Below are positions 29,407 to 39,975 of a stretch of 64,000 nt of DNA, piece after piece. The position numbers were made by a program, and so were the translations under genes. Origin of the DNA: an uncultured Gemmatimonadales bacterium. GTDB lineage: Bacteria; Gemmatimonadota; Gemmatimonadetes; Longimicrobiales; RSA9. Position 1 is the stretch's first letter. Every line of letters starts with the position of its first letter. The stretch lies in NCBI GenBank assembly GCA_963708135.1, contig OY970192.1, positions 5,152,001 to 5,216,000 of the forward strand. The letters are read 5' to 3'. Below the pieces are notes generated by a model. It was not told where the DNA came from. It saw only the letters and a program-made list of their open reading frames with translations, and did no database searches.

Positions 29407-30594
29407 ATGGACACGCAGGTCATGGCCTGGCGGGCGGAGACGCCCGCGGCGGCGGCGGGGCTGATCCACCTGAACAACGCGGGCGCGGCGCTCATGCCGA
29501 CGCCCGTACTGGACGCGATCACGGAGCACCTGAAGCGCGAGGTCGCGCACGGCGGCTACGAGGCGGCGGAGGCAGCGGCCTCCGAGATCGAGGTCGCCTA
29601 CACGGCGCTCGGGAGGCTGCTCTCGGCCGAGCCGCGCAACATCGCGATCATGGAGAACTCGACCGCCGCGTTCGCGCAGGCGCTCTCCGCCTTCGACCTG
29701 CGCCGCGGCGACGTGATCGTCACCAGCCGAAACGACTACATCTCCAACCAGCTCATGTACCTCTCGCTGGCGAGGCGCGCCGGGGTGGAGTTCGTCCGCG
29801 CCGAGGACCTGCCCGAGGGCGGCATCGATCCGCAGGCGGTGAGGGAGATCCTGCGCCGCCGCCGGCCGACGCTCGTGGCCGTGACGTGGGTGCCGACCAA
29901 CTCCGGCCTCGTCCAGCCCGTCGAGGCGGTGGGCCGCGTCTGCGAGGACGCGGGCGTGCCGTACCTGATCGACGCCTGCCAGGCGGCGGGCCAGATCCCG
30001 ATCGATGTGGCCGCCCTGCGCTGCGACTTCCTCTCCGCCACCGCCCGCAAGTTCCTGCGTGGGCCGCGCGGCATCGGCTTCCTGTACGTAGCCGACCGCG
30101 TGCTCGACAGCGGCGCGCACCCGCTCTACCTCGATATGCGCGGCGCGCGCTGGACCGACGAGAACACCTTCCAGCTCGCCGAGTCGGCGCACCGCTTCGA
30201 GAACTGGGAGTTCTCCTACGCGCTCGTCCTCGGCCTCGCCGAGGCCGTGCTCTATGCGCTCGAGGTCGGCGTCGAGGAGGGCGGCCGGCGCGCCCGCGAG
30301 CTGGCCGCCTACGCGCGCCGCCGACTGGAGGAGATCGAGGGACTGCGCGTCCTCGACCGCGGGCCCGAGCTGTGCGCCATCGTCACCGTCGAGGTCGCCG
30401 GAGTCGCCGCCGAGACCGCCGTCGCCCGCCTGCGCGAGTGGGGCATCAACACCAGCGCCACCCTGCGCGAGTATGCCGTGCTCGACATGGCGGACAAGCA
30501 CGCGGACTCCGCCGTCCGCCTCTCGCCCCACTACTACAACACCGCCGCCGAGATCGACAGCGCCGTGGCCGCGCTGCAGTCGCTGCTGGAGTAG
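29407..30594 (+). CDS. Class V PLP-dependent aminotransferase (cysteine desulfurase/lyase-like)
   Basis: HLNNAGAA, DACQAAGQ, SATARKFLRGPRG and RLSPHYYN. Confidence 0.9.
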   Translation: MDTQVMAWRAETPAAAAGLIHLNNAGAALMPTPVLDAITEHLKREVAHGGYEAAEAAASEIEVAYTALGRLLSAEPRNIAIMENSTAAFAQALSAFDLRRGDVIVTSRNDYISNQLMYLSLARRAGVEFVRAEDLPEGGIDPQAVREILRRRRPTLVAVTWVPTNSGLVQPVEAVGRVCEDAGVPYLIDACQAAGQIPIDVAALRCDFLSATARKFLRGPRGIGFLYVADRVLDSGAHPLYLDMRGARWTDENTFQLAESAHRFENWEFSYALVLGLAEAVLYALEVGVEEGGRRARELAAYARRRLEEIEGLRVLDRGPELCAIVTVEVAGVAAETAVARLREWGINTSATLREYAVLDMADKHADSAVRLSPHYYNTAAEIDSAVAALQSLLE

Positions 30595-30626
30595 CGGATC
30601 GGCGGGGCCCGCTGTCGCGGCGCCTC

Positions 30627-31065
30627 AGCCAGTGCCGGGAACGGCCGGATTCGGATTCCAGGGCCCGCGCCCCTGGATTCGGATTCGGATGGGTTGAACG
30701 GCGGGCGGCGGACCCGGCCCTGCTCGGACGCGCGCCGTGCGCGCCGACGCATCGAGGCCGCGAGGGGAGGACCATCCACACCGGGATGCGGGGTGTGGGA
30801 TGCGGGTTGCGGGAGGCGGGATGGGGATGGCGGGATGGCGGGATGGCGGGATATGCGGGATGCGGGATGGCGGCGGGCCCGGGAGGGTAGGAAAGTCCCC
30901 ACGCGTCGGCCGTGGAAACGGCGGTTGGGGACTTGACTGCGAATAGCGCGGCAAAGTCCCCAATCGTTCCAGTCGAGCTCCGACCCGTGGGGAGTTGACG
31001 ACGAATAGCGCGGTCAACTCCCCAACCGGTTCTGCGCCGGGGCACGCGTGGGGAGTTCACCGCGG
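30627..31065 (-). repeat. H2 element copy B (module 30627-30770, GCGGGAT(G) simple repeats, triple-hairpin core 30889-31065)
   Basis: Reverse complement aligns by eye with 13760-14081. Confidence 0.85.
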
Positions 31066-31183
31066 CCGCCACCATCACGAAGGAGGTATTGAATGTCGAT
31101 TCGAGGACGTCGAAGCCGTTCCCGGCGATGAGGGGTTGCGCGCGGCCCTGATCTGCCTCCCCATGGGGTGAGACCCCGCCGCG

Positions 31184-31314
31184 TGTCCGTTTCCGGGACG
31201 GAGCGTTCGCGACCGTGCATGCGGAAGCGCGCTGGAGGTTTCCGTCGAATCGTCGCAAGCGCTTATGCGCCTTGTCGATACGGTTCCAGTACGTCGCCTG
31301 GCACCGCTCTTCCC
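31184..31314 (+). promoter_or_regulatory. Candidate enhancer (TGTCCG-N4-CGGGAC) and sigma-54-like promoter (TGGCAC-N5-TTCC) upstream of tolC
   Basis: The same arrangement recurs upstream of the hlyD gene and the 41696 permease. Confidence 0.4.
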
Positions 31315-31359
31315 TTGCTCCGTCCCCGGCACCACGACCGGATCCCGAGGAGAGAGCGG

Positions 31360-32967
31360 ATGTATACGGTTCCCGATCGGCGGCGGAGCGCCGCCTCCTG
31401 GCTGACCTTCCTGCTGGGCGGCGCCCTGGCGGCGTCGCCGGCGCTCGCGCAGCGGCCTACCCCGGCGGCCGCCGACAGCGCCGCGCCGGCCGCCGCGCCG
31501 GCCGCCGCGCCGGCCGCCACGCCCGCGGCGGGCGACAGCGCGGCGCGGGCGACGCTCTCGCTCGAGGACGCGCTCGTGCTGGCGCGAAGGAACAATCCGA
31601 CGCTGCAGATCGCGCGCGACCGCGAAGTGGACGCGGACTGGGCGGTCCGCGAAGCCTACGCGCAGCTGCTGCCGTCGGCGGACGTGTCCACCGGGTTCCA
31701 ATACCAGGCCTCGGGGACGCCGCAGTTCGGCATCATCTCGGGCGCGGACCTGGGCCTCTCGCGCACGCCGGCGTACTACTTCTCGAGCTACAACCTGTCG
31801 CTCGGCTACACGCTCAGCGGCACCCGCCTCTTCGCGCCGAAGCAGCAGCGGGCGAATCAGCGGGCGGTCGAGGCGGACGTGGGGGTGGCGGAGTTCCAGC
31901 TCGTGAGCGACGTGACGCGCCAGTACATGACGGTGCTGCGGGCGCAGGATGGCGTGACGCTGTCGAAGCAGCAGCTCGACGAGGCGCGGGACAACTACAC
32001 GGTGGCGAAGGCCCGGCTGGATGCGGGCGGCGCGACCCGGATCGAGGTGCAGCAGGCGGAGGTGGCCCGGGGCAAGGCGCAGGTGACGCTGCTCCAGGCG
32101 GAGAACACGCTGCGGGCGGAGCGGCTGCGCCTGGGGCAGCAGCTCGGCACGCCGCTGCCGGCCGATGTCGAGCTGGTGAGCACCTTCCCGGTGGTGGAGC
32201 TGCCGTACACCGAGGCGCAGCTCCTGGAGCGGGCGCTCTCGCGCCACCCGGCGCTGCGTGCGGCGGAGGCGCGCCGGAGCGCCGCCGGCGCGGCGGCCGC
32301 GGCGGCCAAGACCGCATACCTGCCGACCGTGCGGATGGGCGTTTCCTGGTACGGCAACACCCGGCAGGCGGCGGACGAGCAGTTCGTGCTGGCGCAGGCG
32401 CGCTCGCGCGCGCTGGGAAGCATCGACCAGTGCGAGCTCATGAACCAGATCTCGGCGGGGCTCTCGACGCCCCTGCCGGACCGGCCCACGGACTGCAATC
32501 AGTTCGCCCTCACGCCGGCCGACGAGGAGCAGATCGTGGCGGGCAACCGTCAGTTCCCGTTCCACTTCTCGACGCAGCCGCTGGTCGCCCAGCTGACGGT
32601 CTCGCTGCCCGTCTTCGGTGGCCTCAGCCGCGAGCGGCAGATGGAGACGGCCCGGGCGGCGGAGCACGAGGCGGGCGAGCAGGTGCGGGCCGAGGAGCTC
32701 CAGCTCCGCACCGACGTCGCCGCCGCGTACGGCACCCTCGAGACGGCGCGCCAGAGCGTCGCCATCCAGAAGACGAGCCGGGACGTCGCGGACGAGCAGC
32801 TCAAGCTCGAGCGCCAGCGCTACGCCGTGGGCGGCTCGAGCTTCCTCCAGCTCCAGCAGGCGCAGACGGTCAAGGTCACCGCCGACCGGGATTACCTGGA
32901 CGCGGTCTATGCCTACCATCAGGCGCTCGCGGACCTGGAGAATGCCGTGGGCGAGCGGTTGAGGTAG
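31360..32967 (+). CDS. TolC-family outer membrane efflux protein
   Basis: Signal peptide, LSLEDALVLARRNNP, two OEP repeats, and RYAVGGSSFLQL. Confidence 0.9.
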   Translation: MYTVPDRRRSAASWLTFLLGGALAASPALAQRPTPAAADSAAPAAAPAAAPAATPAAGDSAARATLSLEDALVLARRNNPTLQIARDREVDADWAVREAYAQLLPSADVSTGFQYQASGTPQFGIISGADLGLSRTPAYYFSSYNLSLGYTLSGTRLFAPKQQRANQRAVEADVGVAEFQLVSDVTRQYMTVLRAQDGVTLSKQQLDEARDNYTVAKARLDAGGATRIEVQQAEVARGKAQVTLLQAENTLRAERLRLGQQLGTPLPADVELVSTFPVVELPYTEAQLLERALSRHPALRAAEARRSAAGAAAAAAKTAYLPTVRMGVSWYGNTRQAADEQFVLAQARSRALGSIDQCELMNQISAGLSTPLPDRPTDCNQFALTPADEEQIVAGNRQFPFHFSTQPLVAQLTVSLPVFGGLSRERQMETARAAEHEAGEQVRAEELQLRTDVAAAYGTLETARQSVAIQKTSRDVADEQLKLERQRYAVGGSSFLQLQQAQTVKVTADRDYLDAVYAYHQALADLENAVGERLR

Positions 32968-32971
32968 GATC

Positions 32972-33230
32972 GGAGAGCGGGGGAGTGGGGGAGTGGGGGA
33001 GTGGGGGAGTGGGGGAGTGGGGGAGTGGGGGAGTGGGGGAGTGGGCGGCGTTCGTCGCGGCCGCGGGTGCGCGGGCCACGCCGGCTTCGCGGCGGCCGCG
33101 GGTGCGCGGGCCACGGCGGCTTCGCGGCGACCGCGGGTGCGCCGGCGCGCGCCGGGATCGGCGCCGCGCCCGGAAAACGCGCGCGCCGTGAGCCCGGCCG
33201 CATCTCCCACTCCCCCGCTCCCCCACTCTG
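32972..33230. repeat. GGGGGAGT octamer tract, 36-bp repeats and an inverted CCCCCACT tract
   Basis: About 8 octamers at 32978-33045 and an inverted tract at 33201-33229. Related tracts at 12722-12752, 25200-25228 and 41369-41395. Confidence 0.85.
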
Positions 33231-33238
33231 GCCGTTCC

Positions 33239-33364
33239 TGTCCGGGCGCGGGAACCGGGATCCCGTCAGCGGACACCGGGGCGCGGGGGTGTGGCAGGGC
33301 GAGGGCTGAAAGGTGTTGTGGCGGAAAGAGTTACGGGCGGTCTATGGCTGGCACGTCGCTTTCA
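33239..33364 (+). promoter_or_regulatory. Tandem enhancer-like sites (33239, 33260) and sigma-54-like promoter TGGCAC-GTCGC-TTTCA
   Basis: The -24 box is perfect and the -12 box is variant (TTTC for TTGC). The two sites are 21 bp apart. Confidence 0.5.
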
Positions 33365-33413
33365 TTGTCGTAAGTGACACTCCGACACGATCGAGACGGG
33401 ACGAAGAGGCACC

Positions 33414-34661
33414 ATGGTCGATATAGCGCGCGCACCGCGGAAGAAGCGCAAACCCTGGATCTACGGCGGCATCGGCGTCGCGCTGGTGGCGATCACGACG
33501 GTGGCGCTGGCGCGGCTGAAGCCGGCGGCGCCGACGGTTGATGCGGGCACGCTCTGGCGCGACACGGTGAAGCAGGGGACGATGCTGCGGGAGGTGCGCG
33601 GGCCGGGCACGCTCGTGCCGGAGCAGATCCGCTGGATCAGCGCGCTCACGCCGGGCCGGGTCGAGCAGATCCTGAAGCAGCCGGGGCAGCCGGTGGAGGC
33701 GAACACGGTGCTGCTGGAGCTGAGCAATCCGGACGTGCAGCTGCAGCTGCTGGATTCGGAGCGGCAGCTCTCGGCGGCGCAGGCGGACCTGGTGAACCTG
33801 CGCTCGTCGCTCGAGCAGGGGCGGCTGAACCAGGAAGGGACCGTGGCGACGGTGCAGACGCAGATGAACGATGCGCAGCGGACGCTCAAGGTGGACGAGC
33901 AGCTCGCGGCGCAGAAGCTGGTGTCGGACAACGACCTGAGCCATGCGCGGGAGAGCGCGGCCGAGCTCGAGCAGCGTTACCGGCTGGAGAAGCAGCGGCT
34001 GGAGGTGCAGACGGCGGCGATGAAGCAGCAGCTGGCGGTGCAGGAGAGTCAGATCAAGCGGCTGGAGGCGATCGTCCAGTTCCGGCGCAGCGAGATCGAG
34101 GGCATGAACATCCGGGCGGGCGGCGACGGCGTCCTGCAGGAGCTGCCGCTGCAGGTGGGCCAGTGGGTGACCTCGGGGACCACGCTGGCCAAGGTGGTGC
34201 AGCCGGGCAAGCTCAAGGCGGTGCTGCGGATCCCGGAGACGCAGGCGAAGGACGTGGTGCTCGGGCAGGAGGCGTCCATCGACACGCGAAACGGTCTGAT
34301 CCCCGGCCACGTAAGGAGGATCGACCCGGCGGCGCTGAACGGGACGGTGGGGGTGGACGTGTCGCTGGAAGGCGATCTGCCGAAGGGCGCACGGCCGGAC
34401 CTGAGCGTGGACGGCACGATCGAGATCGAGCGGCTGAAGAACGTGCTGTACGTGGGCCGGCCGGCGTACGGCCAGGCGGAGAGCACGGTGGGCCTGTTCA
34501 AGGTGACGAACGGTGGTGACGAGGCCGTGCGGGTGAACGTGAAGCTGGGCCGGGCGTCGGTGAACACGATCGAGGTGCTCGGCGGGCTGAACAAGGGTGA
34601 CGTCGTCATTCTGTCCGACATGTCGGCGTGGGATGCCGTGGACCGCGTGCGCCTGAAGTAG
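33414..34661 (+). CDS. Efflux periplasmic adaptor subunit (HlyD/MacA family)
   Basis: N-terminal TM, VRGPGTLVPE, a coiled coil, ARPDLSVDGTI and GLNKGDVVILSD. Confidence 0.92.
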   Translation: MVDIARAPRKKRKPWIYGGIGVALVAITTVALARLKPAAPTVDAGTLWRDTVKQGTMLREVRGPGTLVPEQIRWISALTPGRVEQILKQPGQPVEANTVLLELSNPDVQLQLLDSERQLSAAQADLVNLRSSLEQGRLNQEGTVATVQTQMNDAQRTLKVDEQLAAQKLVSDNDLSHARESAAELEQRYRLEKQRLEVQTAAMKQQLAVQESQIKRLEAIVQFRRSEIEGMNIRAGGDGVLQELPLQVGQWVTSGTTLAKVVQPGKLKAVLRIPETQAKDVVLGQEASIDTRNGLIPGHVRRIDPAALNGTVGVDVSLEGDLPKGARPDLSVDGTIEIERLKNVLYVGRPAYGQAESTVGLFKVTNGGDEAVRVNVKLGRASVNTIEVLGGLNKGDVVILSDMSAWDAVDRVRLK

Positions 34662-34691
34662 GCGGATCCCCAACACGATCAGGAGGCCTGA

Positions 34692-35441
34692 ATGGAGCAA
34701 GCGATGGAGCCCCTCATCCGGCTGGACGCGGTGAGCAAGATCTTCTTCACCGATGAGGTGGAGACGCACGCGCTGGCCAGCATCCACCTGGAGATCAACA
34801 ACGGCGAGTACATCGCCATCGCGGGCCCGTCGGGCTGCGGCAAGACGACGCTGCTCTCGATCCTGGGGCTGCTCGACTCGCCGACGGAGGGCGTCTACAC
34901 GCTGGACGGCAAGCCGGTCTCGGGGCTCTCCTCCTCCGACCGGGCGCGCATCCGCAACCGGGAGATCGGCTTCATCTTCCAGGCCTTCAACCTGATCGGC
35001 GACCTCACGGTGTACGAGAACGTCGAGCTGCCGCTCACCTATCGCGGCATGTCCTCCGGCGAGCGGAAGGAGCGTGTGCAGGCGGCCCTCGAGCGGGTGG
35101 GCATGTCGCACCGCATGAAGCACTATCCGTCCCAGCTCTCCGGCGGCCAGCAGCAGCGCGTGGCGGTGGCCCGCGCCATCGTCGGCAAGCCGCTCATCCT
35201 GCTCGCGGACGAGCCGACGGGGAACCTCGACTCGCGCAACGGCGAGGCCGTGATGGACCTCATGCGCGAGCTACACCGCGACGGCGCGACGATCTGCATG
35301 GTCACGCACGACCCCCGCTACGCGCGCTACGCCGACCGCACGCTCCACCTCTTCGACGGCCAGGTGGTGAAGGACGAGAAGAGCACAGACGCGCACGCGG
35401 TGGAGGAGCTCGAGGAGAGCGGGTTCGAGCTGGGCGACTAG
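34692..35441 (+). CDS. ABC transporter ATP-binding protein (MacB/LolD type)
   Basis: GPSGCGKTT, LSGGQQQRV, LLADEPTGNLD and VTHD. Confidence 0.96.
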   Translation: MEQAMEPLIRLDAVSKIFFTDEVETHALASIHLEINNGEYIAIAGPSGCGKTTLLSILGLLDSPTEGVYTLDGKPVSGLSSSDRARIRNREIGFIFQAFNLIGDLTVYENVELPLTYRGMSSGERKERVQAALERVGMSHRMKHYPSQLSGGQQQRVAVARAIVGKPLILLADEPTGNLDSRNGEAVMDLMRELHRDGATICMVTHDPRYARYADRTLHLFDGQVVKDEKSTDAHAVEELEESGFELGD

Positions 35442-35454
35442 AGGCCGGCTCGCC

Positions 35455-37863
35455 ATGGACACACTGGTTCGGGACCTCCGCTACGCGCTGCGCGCGGTGC
35501 GGCGCAATCCGGGCTTCGCCGCGATCGCGGTGCTGACGCTCGCCCTCGGCATCGGCGCCAACAGCGCCATTTTCAGCGTTCTGGACGCCGTGCTCCTCCG
35601 CCCGCTACCGTACCACGAGGCGGACCGGCTGGTGACGATCGGATCGAACGTCGCGCAGGGCGGGCCCGTGGATGCGGCCATGGCGGTCTCGTATCCGGAC
35701 TATCAGGACATCGGGAAGCTCACCGATGCCGTCTCCGGCATCGCCGCGTATTCCAGCGACCGCTACAACCTCACCAACGTCGACGAGCCGCGTGAGGCGG
35801 AGGTGACGCGGACGACCGCGGATCTGTTCTCGGTGCTCGGCGTCTCGCCGGTCATCGGGCGCGCCTTCGGCCCGGGCGAGAGGCACGATCGCGTCGCGGT
35901 GATCTCCCATGCACTCTGGATCGCGAACTTCGGCGGCGACAGGAGCGCGCTTGGGCGCACCATCTCGCTCGACGACACCAGCTTCACCATCGTGGGCGTG
36001 ATGCCGGCGGGGTTCGCGTTCCCGGACGCGAGCACGGACGCCTGGATCCCGATCGGTTTCGCCCTGGCGGATCCCGCGTTGGCGGAGCTGCGCATGTACC
36101 GCGGGTTCTCGACGGTCGCGCGCCTCGCGCCGGACGCTTCGCTCGACAAGCTGCGCGCAGACCTCGATCTCCTTGCCAGACGGATCACGGTTTCGGGGCA
36201 GCAGACCTCGAAGTTCGGGAGCGGTGAGAAGCTCGTGGCGACTCTGCTACGCGATCAGATCGTGGGCGACGCGCGGCAGCCGCTCCTGATTCTCTTCGGC
36301 GCGGTGGCGCTGGTGCTGCTCATCGCCTGCGTCAACGCGGCGAACCTCCTCGTGGCCCGCGCGAACGCCCGCGAGAAGGAGTTCGCGGTGCGGCGCGCCA
36401 TCGGCGCCGGCCGCTGGACGATCGTGCGCCAGCTCCTGGTCGAGAGCGTCCTCCTCGCGCTGGGCGCCGCCGCGGTCGGGCTCGTGCTCGCGGCGGCGGG
36501 GCTCCAGCTCCTCGCCGCGCAGCTGCCGCACGGGTACGTGGTGGGCATCGATCGCACCGTGCTCGGCTTCACGCTTCTCCTCGCGGTGGCGACGGGTCTG
36601 GGCTTCGGCATCGTGCCCGCGCTGCGGGCCTCGGCTCCCGCGCTGGAGCAGTCGCTGCGCGACAGCGCGGGCGCCAGCGTGGGCCGTCAGCGGCGCCGCG
36701 CGCGCGACGTGCTCGTCGTCAGCGAGGTGGCGCTGGCGCTGGTGCTGCTCGTGGGCTCGGGGCTCCTCGTCCGCAGCTTCATCAGCGTGAACGCCGTCAA
36801 TGCCGGATTCGACCCGCAGGGGGTTCTCGCGGCGCGGATCCGTCTCACGCCCGCCAGGTACTCCACGGCGAGCCAGAAGCGCACGTTCTTCGACGATCTC
36901 GTCCAGCGGCTCCGGACCCAGCCGGGCGTCAGCGCGATCACCTTCGCCGACGGGCTGCCGCTCGCCGGCGTCCCCATGGTCGGGATGAATCCCCGGCCGA
37001 TCAGGCCCGACGACCCCGACCAGTTCCTCCAGATCGCCGCGGTGAGCGTAGGCCCTGACTTCTTCTCGACCATGCACATCCCCGTTCTGCAGGGGCGCGC
37101 GATCACCGCGGATGACCGCGAGGACTCGAAGCCGGTCTGCGTGGTGAGCCAGGCGCTCGCGCGCCGGCTCTGGCCGCACGAGAACCCGATCGGCCAGGGC
37201 GGGATGGGACGACGGGGCGACGCCACCGTCGTGGGCGTCGTGGGCGACGTGCGCAGCGAATCGCTCGAGCGCGAGGGGAGTCCCGCCGTCTACGTCCCGC
37301 TCGTGCAGTCGCGGAGCAGGAACTACGACGAGATGTGGGTCGTCGTGCGCTCGGCGCATCCGCTGCGCATCGTCCCCGAGGTGCGGCAGGCGGTACGCGC
37401 CGTTGACGCCGCCCAGCCGATCGCGGAGATCACGACCTACGATGCGCTCATTCAGCAGCGCTACGCGAGCCTCAGGCTCATCACGGCCCTCATCACGCTG
37501 TTCGCGGGGCTCGCGCTCGTGCTCGCCGTGATCGGGATCGCCGGTGTGACCGCGTACGCGGTCTCGCAGCGTACACGCGAGCTGGGAATTCGCATCGCGG
37601 TGGGCGCAAGCGCCAACGACGTGCTCGGCCTCCTGCTCGGCGAGACCGTGGTACTGGTCGGAATCGGCCTTGCGATCGGACTCAGCGCGGCGTTCGGCGT
37701 GACGCGCACGCTGCGCTCGCTGCTCTTTGGGGTGACGAGCACCGACCTCGTGACGTTCGGGGGTGCGGCCGTCGCGCTCGGAGTGGTAAGTTTGGTGGCC
37801 ACCTGGGTTCCGGCCCGCAGGGCGGCGCGGGTGGATCCAGTGGAGGCGCTGCGGAGTGAGTAG
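35455..37863 (+). CDS. ADOP-type duplicated ABC permease (MacB/FtsX)
   Basis: DLRYALR...[36 protein letters not shown] and ARVDPVEALRSE. Confidence 0.93.
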   Translation: MDTLVRDLRYALRAVRRNPGFAAIAVLTLALGIGANSAIFSVLDAVLLRPLPYHEADRLVTIGSNVAQGGPVDAAMAVSYPDYQDIGKLTDAVSGIAAYSSDRYNLTNVDEPREAEVTRTTADLFSVLGVSPVIGRAFGPGERHDRVAVISHALWIANFGGDRSALGRTISLDDTSFTIVGVMPAGFAFPDASTDAWIPIGFALADPALAELRMYRGFSTVARLAPDASLDKLRADLDLLARRITVSGQQTSKFGSGEKLVATLLRDQIVGDARQPLLILFGAVALVLLIACVNAANLLVARANAREKEFAVRRAIGAGRWTIVRQLLVESVLLALGAAAVGLVLAAAGLQLLAAQLPHGYVVGIDRTVLGFTLLLAVATGLGFGIVPALRASAPALEQSLRDSAGASVGRQRRRARDVLVVSEVALALVLLVGSGLLVRSFISVNAVNAGFDPQGVLAARIRLTPARYSTASQKRTFFDDLVQRLRTQPGVSAITFADGLPLAGVPMVGMNPRPIRPDDPDQFLQIAAVSVGPDFFSTMHIPVLQGRAITADDREDSKPVCVVSQALARRLWPHENPIGQGGMGRRGDATVVGVVGDVRSESLEREGSPAVYVPLVQSRSRNYDEMWVVVRSAHPLRIVPEVRQAVRAVDAAQPIAEITTYDALIQQRYASLRLITALITLFAGLALVLAVIGIAGVTAYAVSQRTRELGIRIAVGASANDVLGLLLGETVVLVGIGLAIGLSAAFGVTRTLRSLLFGVTSTDLVTFGGAAVALGVVSLVATWVPARRAARVDPVEALRSE

Positions 37864-37944
37864 CGCCCGCTGGAGCACGCGGCCGCGATCGCGCTCTGGT
37901 GGTCGGGCGGACTTGACGAATGACGAGCGATTGAAGGAGCATCG

Positions 37945-38676
<732 letters not shown>

Positions 38677-38730
38677 TCGGCTCGGGATCGCTTACCGCGA
38701 CGCCATCCCGAACATCCCGAACCCGGTTTC

Positions 38731-39957
38731 CTATCCCCCATCCCCCAGCACCAGCTCCCGATAGCTTCGATACCCGCCTGCACGCATCCGCTCGAGGAAG
38801 CGCCGGATCGGCTGCACGAGCTGGGTGCTGGCGTGGCCGGGCACGGCGTCCGCCGGGCCGGCCCGGAAGGGGTGGAACCAGCTGCGGATGATGACGCTCG
38901 CCGGGGCGAGGGGCAGTGTTGCGACGTTCGCGGCGAAGCGGTCGAAGCTGCCCTCGCGCATCAGGTAGAACTCGACGTTGGACGTGTAGAAGGCGGACAC
39001 GGCCACGTGCTCGGCACGGGCCTCGTCGCCGATGGCGCGCAGGGCGTGCGGCCCGGCGAGGTCGCCGACGACGGGAATGATGCGGCCGCGCCCCTCCAGC
39101 TGCTTCACGAACCGGAAGTCCTCCTCGCCGACGAGGTAGCTCGCGCGGTGCCCGGCGCGGTCGCGCTCGAGCAGCAGCTGCCGGTACGTCGGGTCGTAGG
39201 AGCGCGGCGCCTGGCCGAGCGTGGAGAAGCGCAGCGCCGGGCCGGCGGCGATGAAGGTGTCGTGGAAGCGGTCGATGGTGGCGGTGTCCTCGGCGGACAG
39301 CGGCACGCCGAAGCGGCGGAGCGCCGCGTGGACGGCGGCGCGCGCGGCGGCGACGCGGCGGGGGTCGGGCGGCGTCGCGTCCACATAGTCGAGCAGGCGG
39401 ACCAGCCCCGCCTCGCCCGCCGGGACGCGGAAGGCGGGCCGCGGTCGGCCGAACATGAGCGAGAGGTAGTCGGCGCGGTCGCGCGAGAGCTCGAAGAGCG
39501 CCTTCAGCCACAGCTGCTCGAGGAGGTTGTCGCGGCGGATGTCGATGATGAAGGCCGCGCGCGGCCGGATGCGGGCAATGTAGGAGAAGTTCTGGTCCGG
39601 GCCGACCCCGATGTACGCGCCGCCGTGCACTCCGAGCGCGCGCAGGCGGTCGAGCGCCTGCAGGTAGGAGGCCTCGTTGGAGATGAGGTTGTCGGTGTCG
39701 AAGTAGCCGCCCGGCTCGGAAAGGCGCGCGACCAGCGCGGCGAAGCTCTCGTGCTGGGCGCTCGCGGCGTGCGGACCGGTGCCGAGGAGCGGCGCCGCGA
39801 CGCCGTCCCAGGCACGCGGAGGCCGCGGGTCCGCACCCGTGAGCGGGACCGCGGCCGCGACGAGCAGGACGAGCGAGAAGAGGTGGCGGCGGGCCGCGGC
39901 CGCGACAGGGCGGGCCGTGGCGGCGGGACAGGGGTGGCGCACCGGGGCGTCGCGCAC
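38731..39957 (-). CDS. Conserved exported hypothetical protein (GVGPDQNFSY motif)
   Basis: Signal-like N-terminus, LSEPGGYFDTDNLISNE, GAYIGVGPDQNFSYIA and FYTSNVEFYL. Confidence 0.75.
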   Translation of the reverse strand: MRDAPVRHPCPAATARPVAAAARRHLFSLVLLVAAAVPLTGADPRPPRAWDGVAAPLLGTGPHAASAQHESFAALVARLSEPGGYFDTDNLISNEASYLQALDRLRALGVHGGAYIGVGPDQNFSYIARIRPRAAFIIDIRRDNLLEQLWLKALFELSRDRADYLSLMFGRPRPAFRVPAGEAGLVRLLDYVDATPPDPRRVAAARAAVHAALRRFGVPLSAEDTATIDRFHDTFIAAGPALRFSTLGQAPRSYDPTYRQLLLERDRAGHRASYLVGEEDFRFVKQLEGRGRIIPVVGDLAGPHALRAIGDEARAEHVAVSAFYTSNVEFYLMREGSFDRFAANVATLPLAPASVIIRSWFHPFRAGPADAVPGHASTQLVQPIRRFLERMRAGGYRSYRELVLGDGG

Positions 39958-39975
39958 GGGCGCTCGTGCTCCCCT

